Part shown: in pieces, positions 56,481-64,000 of the stretch | Numbering within the stretch: the first letter of the stretch is position 1 | Layout of the letters: each line of letters starts with the position of its first letter | NCBI GenBank assembly: GCA_009783355.1 | Contig: WRHH01000004.1 | Span: 32,852-96,851 of the forward strand | Source of the DNA: Synergistaceae bacterium | GTDB lineage: Bacteria > Synergistota > Synergistia > Synergistales > Aminobacteriaceae | Direction: 5' to 3' | DNA: 64,000 bases | Notes under the pieces: model-generated | Databases searched by the model: none | The model's input: only the letters and a program-made list of their open reading frames with translations | Told to the model about the DNA's origin: nothing | Position numbers and translations under genes: made by a program

Positions 56481-58126
56481 TGCAGGGCTTTATCGTCACA
56501 TTGATGATTTGTTCGGTCACCATGTCGATGATTGCGCTCGTTTACATGGCAGCATCCCCGTTTCTGGCGAAACGATATTCCGCGAAATGGCGCTATTATA
56601 CATGGCTCGTCGTTGTTATTGGGCTTATTATCCCATTCCGGCCGCAATGGGGCAGCGCCGTTATCCGGGTTTTTATCCCGGGCGAAAATGCACCCGTCAT
56701 TCAGGTAGGAAGCCGGATAGTCGCCGGGCAGATTGAGAGCCAAATATCAGTACAGATAGAGAGCGAAGCTGATGTTTCCACCACGCTCACGGTTGGAAAA
56801 ACAGCGGTTCCCTCATTTTGGCGGCTTGTTCCGTGGTGGAGGATAGCGGCGGCGGTATGGCTGGCTGGATTGATGGTTACCCTCGTTTATCACATAATAA
56901 AATACTATTGCTTTGCGAAAATGGTGAGGCGCTGGAGCGAAAAGGCCACGAACGAAAAAACGCTTGACTTGCTGCAAAGACTGAAATCCGAGATGGGAAT
57001 ATTAAAGCCCATCGGCCTTTATCAGTGCCCGTGCATTGGCAGCCCTATGATGATAGGATTAACAAATCCACGAATACTACTGCCGAAAACCGGTATAAAG
57101 CAAAATGAACTCCACTTTATCCTCAAACACGAGCTTGTGCATTTAAAGCGGAATGACCTGTACTACAAATGTCTGGTACTTGCCGCAACCGCCATTCATT
57201 GGTTCAATCCTTTCGTCTATATTATTGCAAAAGCAATTGAAGTGCAATGTGAATTGTCCTGCGACGCCGAGACAGTGCGAAGCGCTGACGCTGGAACGCG
57301 CCGACATTACACCGAAGCTATTATCAGTTTTGTGAAATATAGTTCAAATCTGAATACAGCATTATCGACTAATTTTCAAAGAGGCCGAAAAGGCATGATG
57401 AAAAGGATATTTTCCATCATGGACACCGGCAATAAAAAGGCAGGTATCGCAATCTTCTGTGCTGCGCTGCTCGTCACTCTTGGAACGGGCTTTGCCGTCT
57501 GCTACGGCGCCCCGTATTCAGAGACGACTGTTGGCAGCGTTATGAAGCTCGGTGGGATTGACTGGCGCGTGCTTTTGGTGAAGGATGGAAAAGCCTTGGT
57601 TTTGAGCGATAAAATATTGTCGAAAAGGGCGTACAATGCGTCGGTTAATGACTGGCCGAATGGAACTGTGACATGGGAAGAATGCGATTTACGGCGTTAT
57701 CTGAACGGACAGTTTTTCGACACCGCCTTCTCAAATGAGGAAAAGGGGCGAATCGTCGAAACTGTGCTTGATAACAATAATAACCCCTGGTTTGCAACGG
57801 CGGGCGGTAGCGCTACCAAAGACAGAGTGTTTTTGCTGAGCATTGAGGAAGTTGTGCAATATTTGGGTAACAACGAGAAACTTGAAGCCCGGAATGACGG
57901 AACGTTTTTAATAAGTGACCGGTTCAATGAGAGACGAATAGCGCAAACGCTGGACGGCGAAGAGTGGAGATGGCTCTTACGGTCGCCCGGAATTTTATAT
58001 TACTCGTGCGGCGCCGCCCACGTCCATGCTGCTTGCGTCGCGGCAAACGGCGATCTGTCCGTTAGCGGCGAATACGTTAACAACAGCGGCGGCGGCGTTC
58101 GTCCCGCGATGTGGTTGACAATGTAA
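56480..58126 (+). CDS. BlaR1/MecR1-like M56 peptidase signal transducer. Its extracytoplasmic sensor is a DUF6273-like domain rather than a penicillin-binding domain.
   Basis: N-terminal TM segments, and HELVHLKRND (HExxH of M56). The C-terminal 210 aa are paralogous to the 55237 gene product. Confidence 0.75.
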   Translation: MQGFIVTLMICSVTMSMIALVYMAASPFLAKRYSAKWRYYTWLVVVIGLIIPFRPQWGSAVIRVFIPGENAPVIQVGSRIVAGQIESQISVQIESEADVSTTLTVGKTAVPSFWRLVPWWRIAAAVWLAGLMVTLVYHIIKYYCFAKMVRRWSEKATNEKTLDLLQRLKSEMGILKPIGLYQCPCIGSPMMIGLTNPRILLPKTGIKQNELHFILKHELVHLKRNDLYYKCLVLAATAIHWFNPFVYIIAKAIEVQCELSCDAETVRSADAGTRRHYTEAIISFVKYSSNLNTALSTNFQRGRKGMMKRIFSIMDTGNKKAGIAIFCAALLVTLGTGFAVCYGAPYSETTVGSVMKLGGIDWRVLLVKDGKALVLSDKILSKRAYNASVNDWPNGTVTWEECDLRRYLNGQFFDTAFSNEEKGRIVETVLDNNNNPWFATAGGSATKDRVFLLSIEEVVQYLGNNEKLEARNDGTFLISDRFNERRIAQTLDGEEWRWLLRSPGILYYSCGAAHVHAACVAANGDLSVSGEYVNNSGGGVRPAMWLTM

Positions 58127-58393
58127 CCCCGTCAGCATATGGGAAAAATATCTACAAAATAAAGGCCGTGAACCTGACAGTGACGTTGCCGGGTTGGCTG
58201 GATAAAGAAGCGAAATTTGCCTATTTAAATTATTCACAAATTTAATACCCGATTGAGAACACCAATAGGGATTTTTGTATTTTGAGCATGAATATATGTG
58301 TCGTAATTCAGTGTACAAAAATAGCGGATGGCGATTGCGGGGTTGTTTTTCCAGTCAATCAGGGCGTTGCTTAATCCAGCAGTGGGTGACAAA

Positions 58394-60932
58394 TCACACC
58401 AACTTCCTCTCTGCGGCTATCCTTATTACATCCGCAATATTGCAGGCGTTCAGTTTTTCGTAAATGCTGTTAATGTATAGCTTGACCGTATTGATTGACA
58501 AATTTTGGTTCGTGGCAATTTCTGAGCGGGAAAGACCGTGGTACATATCGCGCAGGACGTCGCTTTCGCGCGATGATAAAACCGCCTCGCCGTCTTCGTT
58601 GTTTGCCTTTTTGTAGTCGAAAATCAACGTCCCCTGATGCTTGGCATACGAGGTGGATTTACGCCCTACCTCCTCCAGCCACGGCTTGGGAATGTTGTAA
58701 TCCGGCTCGCGCAACGCAGTTGCTGTAAGCGTGCGCATGTCCTTGCCCAGCTCTATGAATGGCATCAGTATGACGTTGGGGAACGCGTTTGCATAAGCTT
58801 CCTGAAGCGCAGCTAGTGCTTTAGTTTTATCTTTCATTTTTAGATATACGCAAGCTTCCATAGACAGCATTTCTACACGTCCGTACAAAATCGATTCCCT
58901 CCGCTTCAGCTCCTCCATGTAAGCGAGAAGCTGGGCGTAATTCTTTGTAAGATAACAATAGCGTGCCTTCACTTGGTTTGCGAAGTTTTCTATGAAATAC
59001 GCGTGCCCGTAGGGCGTAAATTTTTCCTTGAGCCAACCCGGTATCCTCTCCGGTTGGCAAAGCGCATAGTAATACCAGCCCAGAGCGATATCGTATGTGG
59101 TGAAACGCATAGTATACTCATTTTCGTCGAGTAATGTCTCCATGTCCGAGAGCGCCTCCGCCGCATGAGCGCAGTTTCCTTGCGAAACGGCAATACGCAT
59201 GAGGTAAAATAGCCCCCTGTGCGCAAGTTCATACTGTTTGCTCTCTCTCGCCCGCTTAAGGCCGCGAACGAGCAATGGGCCCGCCGCGCGAACGTCGCCT
59301 TGGTAGAACAATAACTCGCCCAGAGTCAAATCATCCTTGCCTTCCATGCATCCGTAGAGGCAGTGCGACGTATGCTTCATTGCAATGGTTGAAGCTTCAA
59401 TGTATTTGCCGGGGCGCCCCGTTCGGCAGATCCCGCCAGATTTATCCACGGGCCGACGGGATGGTTGGCCAACTGCCCGGGCGCAATTGGAGACTGGGTC
59501 AGGCATTCGTCCTGCTTGGCAAAATACAAATGAAAATCGTAGCGGTCGTTCGTAGTACACATCAGCGACCGTAATATTCCCCAGCAATAGTATATGCTGC
59601 CAAGAGAATGGTTTCTGAACTCGTCATCTACGGGCAGAAGCAGGAATTTCGCCTCGTAACGCGCCATTAACTCAAACGCTTCCTGCCACTTGCCAAGGCA
59701 CATGACGACGCGCACGCGCATCACTGCAAGAAAGCTCACCCGGTCGAACGCTTCCGGCGGCGCCCTGTTAAAAATAAGTTCCGCATATTGTGCGATATCG
59801 AGAGGAACCTGCGAAGGAAGCTCAAAGAAAATGGACACGATGGAGTCGTAGTCCCCAACATTTTCGTAATAGGTCATGGCGTCAATTTTAAAACCGTTTT
59901 GGTTGCACCAGTCCGCCGCTGCCTGATAGGTCGCCCGCTTTTCCTCTTCGGTCAGGATATCCTGCTTCGCGCGCAGGAAGTCCAGAAACAGGTGGTGTAT
60001 CATGTATGCGTTTATGTAGCTGTCAAAACGAACAAAAGCGTTTTGTCGCCTCAGCTCTTCCAGAAGGTTTACATCCCCTTTGGCCAAAATAGCGACCAAC
60101 TCAGCCGAAAGGTGATCCACCAAGGATAGGCAGACTAAAAAATGCCGAAGCTGCTCAGAAATTATATTGAATACCTCAATTTCCATCAATTGGAAAATGT
60201 TGCTTCTCATCGCGTTGCGGACATAACCTGAATAACCGGGCGACTTGCGGAGCGATCGCGCGATAAAATTCACGGCAAACGCCCAGCCATTTGTATCCTG
60301 AAAAATCTCTCTCAAGCTTCGCTTTTCAACGGACAATCTCTGTAGGGAGAGATATTGTGTCAGTTCGCTTTCCGTGAAATTCAGATTCTCTTCGCTTATG
60401 CTGTGGACAAGGTCTTTTGCCTGCAGTCCGGCGAGATTGATTTGCGGCGATGATCGGCATATAAGGATTAAGGTTCTGTTCTCCGGCATTGAATATATAG
60501 CCCGCTCCATAAAAGAAGTTACAGCAGGATCTTTCAGAACGTGAAAGTCGTCCAGCACAACCATGTAATGTTCGTTGGGTATGCCGCGATCGCGTAAGCG
60601 GAAGAACTGGTTCAATTTATCTTCCGTATCAGGGAATCCGAGTTCCTTGAAGTCCTCGGATAGAGATCTGCTCACCTGCAAGAACGAGCGGACGTAGTTT
60701 TCCCAGAAACGCGATCCTACGTTGTCGCGCTCCGAAAGCTGCACCCACGCGGCAGTGACTTTATGCTTCCGCATGTAATCAGAAACCGCGCGCGTTTTGC
60801 CGTAGCCTGACCCGGCGCACACTATTACCAGAGGTTTTTAGCCGCCTGAGCTAAAACCGCGCTGATGCGCGGACGAACTAAATAATCGGTGTTGTCCGAC
60901 TGCCATACATCATCCATTACAAAAGACCCCAT
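58394..60932 (-). pseudogene. MalT/LuxR-family large ATP-dependent regulator disrupted by at least two frameshifts
   Basis: Three consecutive frames, upstream to downstream on the minus strand. Frame 1: MGSFVMDDVWQ...RPRISAVLAQAA. Frame 2 (GTG ORF 59377..60822): KPLVIVCAGSGYGKT (Walker A). Frame 3 (58394..59587): TPR-like region and a C-terminal LuxR HTH LSRSEIATNQNLSINTVKLYINSIYEKL. Confidence 0.6.
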
Positions 60933-61021
60933 TTAGCGAAGAATGTATTTTCTTCCTGATTTATTACGAAATTATTAATGGCGTTCTGTCTGAACATGAT
61001 TGGCTCAGAACCTGTCAGAGT

Positions 61022-61921
61022 TCATTTTTTGGCTTCTACTAGCAAAGTATATGCTTTTGAATCTACAATGCTTTCGTTTTCAGCTGCATAGTCGAGAGCG
61101 GTTTTGCCGCTGTTATCCTTAATTTTTGCGTCCGCGCCCAGTTTCAGAAGAGTTTCTATAATTTCCGGAAAGATGCTGATCTCAGCGGTCAGAATCAACG
61201 CGGTTTTCCCGTCTTCGTTTACAATGTTAATATCGGCGCCTGACTTTATCACTTCTTCAACAATATCGTTATTTGAGATCTCCGATGGCGTTACGGAATA
61301 CATCAGGGCTGTCCATCCGTCAATATCCTTTGCGTTAATATCCGCTCCTGCTTTCATGAGAGTCTGTATCATCTGCGGGTTATTCAAATTATCTCCTGCG
61401 GCAAACATTATGGGAGTTTTTCCCTGATAATCGGACGCGTTTACGTCAGCCCCCGCTTTGAGTAGCGCCGTCACCATTTCCACGGAAGCATTTCCTGAAG
61501 CTACCATCAGCGGAGTTTCTCCAGAGTTGCTTTTTGGATTTGGATTCGCTCCGGCTTTAATAATAGGCTCTATCATGCCTGTTGTTGAGTCGTTGCCTAC
61601 AGCGTAGAACAAAGCTGTCCACCCGTCCACATCCTTTGAGTCAACGAAAGCTCCAGCATTCAATAATACTTCAATGACCTCAGGTTTTGAGTTGTATTGT
61701 GCCGTGAACATCAATGCAGTCCAATCATCCTCGTTTTTTGCGTTTACATTCACTCCGTCCTTTAGAGCTGCAGCAATGTCTTTCGACGAGGCGCTCTTGC
61801 ACATTTCAAGAAAATCCTCGTCGTTTACTGCTGCTTCAGCGGGAAAATTGACTAACCCGGCTGAGAAACACAAAGTTATAATAACTAAAAGCTTTAGCAT
61901 GTATTTCATAATGAACGCCAT
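61022..61921 (-). CDS. Secreted ankyrin repeat protein
   Basis: Signal peptide, then seven or more ANK repeats. Confidence 0.75.
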   Translation of the reverse strand: MAFIMKYMLKLLVIITLCFSAGLVNFPAEAAVNDEDFLEMCKSASSKDIAAALKDGVNVNAKNEDDWTALMFTAQYNSKPEVIEVLLNAGAFVDSKDVDGWTALFYAVGNDSTTGMIEPIIKAGANPNPKSNSGETPLMVASGNASVEMVTALLKAGADVNASDYQGKTPIMFAAGDNLNNPQMIQTLMKAGADINAKDIDGWTALMYSVTPSEISNNDIVEEVIKSGADINIVNEDGKTALILTAEISIFPEIIETLLKLGADAKIKDNSGKTALDYAAENESIVDSKAYTLLVEAKK

Positions 61922-61930
61922 TTTAAATAT

Positions 61931-62455
61931 TTATCCTGCGTAAACATCATCGGGTACTCTAGGCATCGTGATTTTTTCGCGGCTTTTGCGAACATCCAAG
62001 GACGCGTTAGCAACCCATTTTTCAAGTTCTAAAGATATACTATTATCAAGTAAAGATAGTATTCTTATGGTCATAAGTGCGGCGTTCCTTGCGCCGTCAA
62101 TTCCAACAGATGCTACAGGAACCCCTGGAGGCATCTGGGCTATTGACAAGAGCGCGTCGATACCGTTAAGCGAAGCTCCGCCCGCGGGAACCCCTATTAC
62201 CGGCAGGTTCGTGTGCGCCGCAATAACTCCCGGCAGCGCGGCAGAGAGCCCCGCTATAGCTATAATAACTTTCACTCCCCTTGCCGCAGCGCTTTCCGCA
62301 TACCTTACAACATCTTGCGGCGTCCTATGAGCGCTTGCTATTCCCACTTCATATCTTACGCCGAAGGATTCAAATACATCTCCGGCCTTCTTTGCAAGCT
62401 CCAGATCCGACGCCGAACCCAAAATTATTCCGACTAAAAAATTGTTGTCTTTCAT
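61931..62455 (-). CDS. purE: N5-carboxyaminoimidazole ribonucleotide mutase
   Basis: VGIILGSASD...GVKVIIAIAGLSAALPGVIAAHT. Start at MKDNNF, with an AAAGGA RBS. Confidence 0.85.
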   Translation of the reverse strand: MKDNNFLVGIILGSASDLELAKKAGDVFESFGVRYEVGIASAHRTPQDVVRYAESAAARGVKVIIAIAGLSAALPGVIAAHTNLPVIGVPAGGASLNGIDALLSIAQMPPGVPVASVGIDGARNAALMTIRILSLLDNSISLELEKWVANASLDVRKSREKITMPRVPDDVYAG

Positions 62456-62467
62456 GTAATACAATCC

Positions 62468-62488
62468 TTTCCCTAATCCCTAATCCCT
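62468..62488. repeat. Heptamer array CCCTAAT x3 between purD and purE
   Basis: tccctaatccctaatcccta read directly in the sequence. Confidence 0.6.
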
Positions 62489-63800
62489 ATATTTCCCCTA
62501 TATCTTTCCTATAATGCATTTTTTCAAATTTAATTTTTCCTATTGCTTCATACGCCAAAGAACGCGCGTTTTCGATACTGTCGGATATTGCTGTGACTCC
62601 AAGCACTCTTCCGCCTGTTGTCCTGATTTCGCCATCAGCTACTTTTTTGGTCCCAGCATGATAAATTTCTACTCCTGACATTGCTTCCGCTTCTGGTATT
62701 CCCTCTATTATTTTGCCAGGCTCGTAAAAGCCCGGGTATCCTCCCGACGCTAATATGACGCATATTGAGGATTTTTTTGCGTTTTCTGACAGCGAGCTCA
62801 GAGAGTAATGCTCTTGATATTCTCCTAAAGTTCCATTACAGCATGATAAAACTGCTTCTCCAAAGTCTCCGTTGAAAATAGGCAGTACAGCTTGAGTTTC
62901 AGGGTCTCCGAAACGCGAGTTATACTCCAGCAAACACAGCTCCCCATCCGGTTTTAACATTAGTCCCAAGTATAAGACGCCGCAATATGAAATTCCTTCA
63001 TTTTTTAAACCTTCAAGGGAAGGGTTTAGTACCTGAGTCCCTATTTTTGAAAGAAGCTCTTTATCCGCCCAGCTCACAGGCGAATATGCTCCCATCCCCC
63101 CTGTATTGGGCCCTTTATTGTCATCGAAAACTCTTTTATGGTCCTGACTTGGTTCTAGTAAAATGGCGTTATTGCCGTCTGTCATCGCTAAAACCGTGAG
63201 TTCCTTTCCCTCCATGTAGTCTTCAATTACAAGCGTATTTCCGGCGTCACCGAGAAAATGCCCTTCGAGCAGGTTGCTGCAAACATCAATCGCCTCATCG
63301 TAACTGTCTGGAAGGAATACTCCTTTCCCTGCCGCAAGCCCATCCGCTTTGATAACGTAAGGCGCCTGCCTTTTTGCGAGCGCTTCTTTGCATTGCGACA
63401 TTGTGCTGCATACATCGAAGCCAGCCGTTGGGATCCCGTTTTTGACCATAAACTGCTTTGAGAATGACTTGCTTCCTTCCAGCTTAGCGCCTCTAGCTCC
63501 CGGGCCAAAAACTTTAATCCCGTTATTCCTCAGAGTATCGGAAACTCCTACGATTAGAGGTTCTTCAGGCCCTACAATGGCGAGATCTATTTCAAGCTTC
63601 TTGCATAATGCAAGAATTTCATCCGGTGCATTGATATTAGCCTGGTGACATTGCGCTATTTGCGCAATTCCGGAGTTTCCCGGCGCTGAATGAAGATACT
63701 CTTTTAAATCACCCGTCGTCGCTGCGAAGACCCTTGACTTTGCAAGCGCGCACACTATCGCATGTTCTCTCCCGCCCGATCCTAAAACCAATATTTTCAT
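62487..63800 (-). CDS. purD: Phosphoribosylamine--glycine ligase
   Basis: MKILVLGSGGREHA. ATP-grasp motifs throughout. 437 aa. Confidence 0.9.
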   Translation of the reverse strand: MKILVLGSGGREHAIVCALAKSRVFAATTGDLKEYLHSAPGNSGIAQIAQCHQANINAPDEILALCKKLEIDLAIVGPEEPLIVGVSDTLRNNGIKVFGPGARGAKLEGSKSFSKQFMVKNGIPTAGFDVCSTMSQCKEALAKRQAPYVIKADGLAAGKGVFLPDSYDEAIDVCSNLLEGHFLGDAGNTLVIEDYMEGKELTVLAMTDGNNAILLEPSQDHKRVFDDNKGPNTGGMGAYSPVSWADKELLSKIGTQVLNPSLEGLKNEGISYCGVLYLGLMLKPDGELCLLEYNSRFGDPETQAVLPIFNGDFGEAVLSCCNGTLGEYQEHYSLSSLSENAKKSSICVILASGGYPGFYEPGKIIEGIPEAEAMSGVEIYHAGTKKVADGEIRTTGGRVLGVTAISDSIENARSLAYEAIGKIKFEKMHYRKDIGEI

Positions 63801-64000
63801 AAAGAGTCACCTGCTTTTCGTTTTTTTGTGATTCGAAAATTTTTCTTGCGTACTGTAAGTATAAAACGTTAGCCGATAAAATGTAAGAGATAATTCCAAT
63901 TTGAAAAAAATATATAGTAACCAACAAACCTGAGAGAGGTTAATGAATATGATGAGGAAGTGTATTCTTACATAGTATGCCTTACAATATGCGCCGCGAA

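Noticed and set aside
62468-62488. CCCTAAT repeats resembling telomeric CCCTAA
   Set aside because: Only about 3 units, between purD and purE on a chromosome with a normal operon context. Better explained as one member of the heptamer-array family than as a telomere.

Overview
This is a bacterial chromosomal window of roughly 50% GC, with housekeeping operons on either side of an AT-rich accessory island at about 33.3-43.4 kb.

Core genes:
- Two branched-chain amino-acid ABC transporter sets: livHMG, partial, on the minus strand at 1-2419, and a complete livK-like SBP plus livHMGF at 43.5-48.3 kb.
- argF.
- Type III glutamine synthetase.
- znuCBA with an embedded vapBC.
- pyrK and pyrD.
- modABC, next to xdhC-like and MoeA-like molybdenum-hydroxylase maturation genes.
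- tRNA-Gly(GCC).
- hrcA-grpE-dnaK, with a textbook CIRCE operator.
- An NrtR / flotillin / NAD-kinase-like operon.
- purE and purD.

Accessory island:
- MntA/HepT toxin-antitoxin pair.
- PhzF-like gene with two truncated copies nearby.
- Rpn-family PD-(D/E)XK putative transposase.
- DUF3990/DUF3791 genes.
- A 1151-aa protein with an N-terminal SIR2-like domain, a central P-loop NTPase and a long helical C-terminus. It is translationally coupled to a 286-aa partner with no recognisable domain. I rate this pair the best candidate for an undescribed antiphage defence system.

Other notable content:
- A putative lipid/sphingolipid-like biosynthetic cluster: UbiA prenyltransferase, ACP, an AONS/serine-palmitoyltransferase-family enzyme, a lipid-kinase-like fragment, an SDR epimerase and a radical SAM/SPASM protein.
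- A BlaI-BlaR1(M56) pair whose sensor domain is an unusual roughly 200-aa extracytoplasmic domain, with a free-standing secreted paralog under a duplicated promoter/operator.
- An MBL-fold (flavodiiron-like) protein coupled to an HD-GYP phosphodiesterase.

Repeat content:
- A MITE-like element with 16-bp terminal inverted repeats. There are two full copies in opposite orientation and one fragment.
- A roughly 85-bp structured intergenic repeat in two copies.
- A family of heptanucleotide tandem arrays (GCACAAT, GTGGCGA/GTTGCGA, AAAAGAC, CCCTAAT, CATTGAA) sitting just past stop codons. Some carry a conserved GAAAGGCAAAAGA box.

Gene remnants:
- flotillin/NADK operon deletion derivative.
- HigB remnant fused to HigA.
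- cysK N-terminal fragment.
- QueG-like fragment.
- Truncated DUF3990.
- Frameshifted MalT/LuxR regulator.

No CRISPR array or rRNA was seen. Every call rests on reading the ORF translations and the nucleotide sequence by eye, with no database search.
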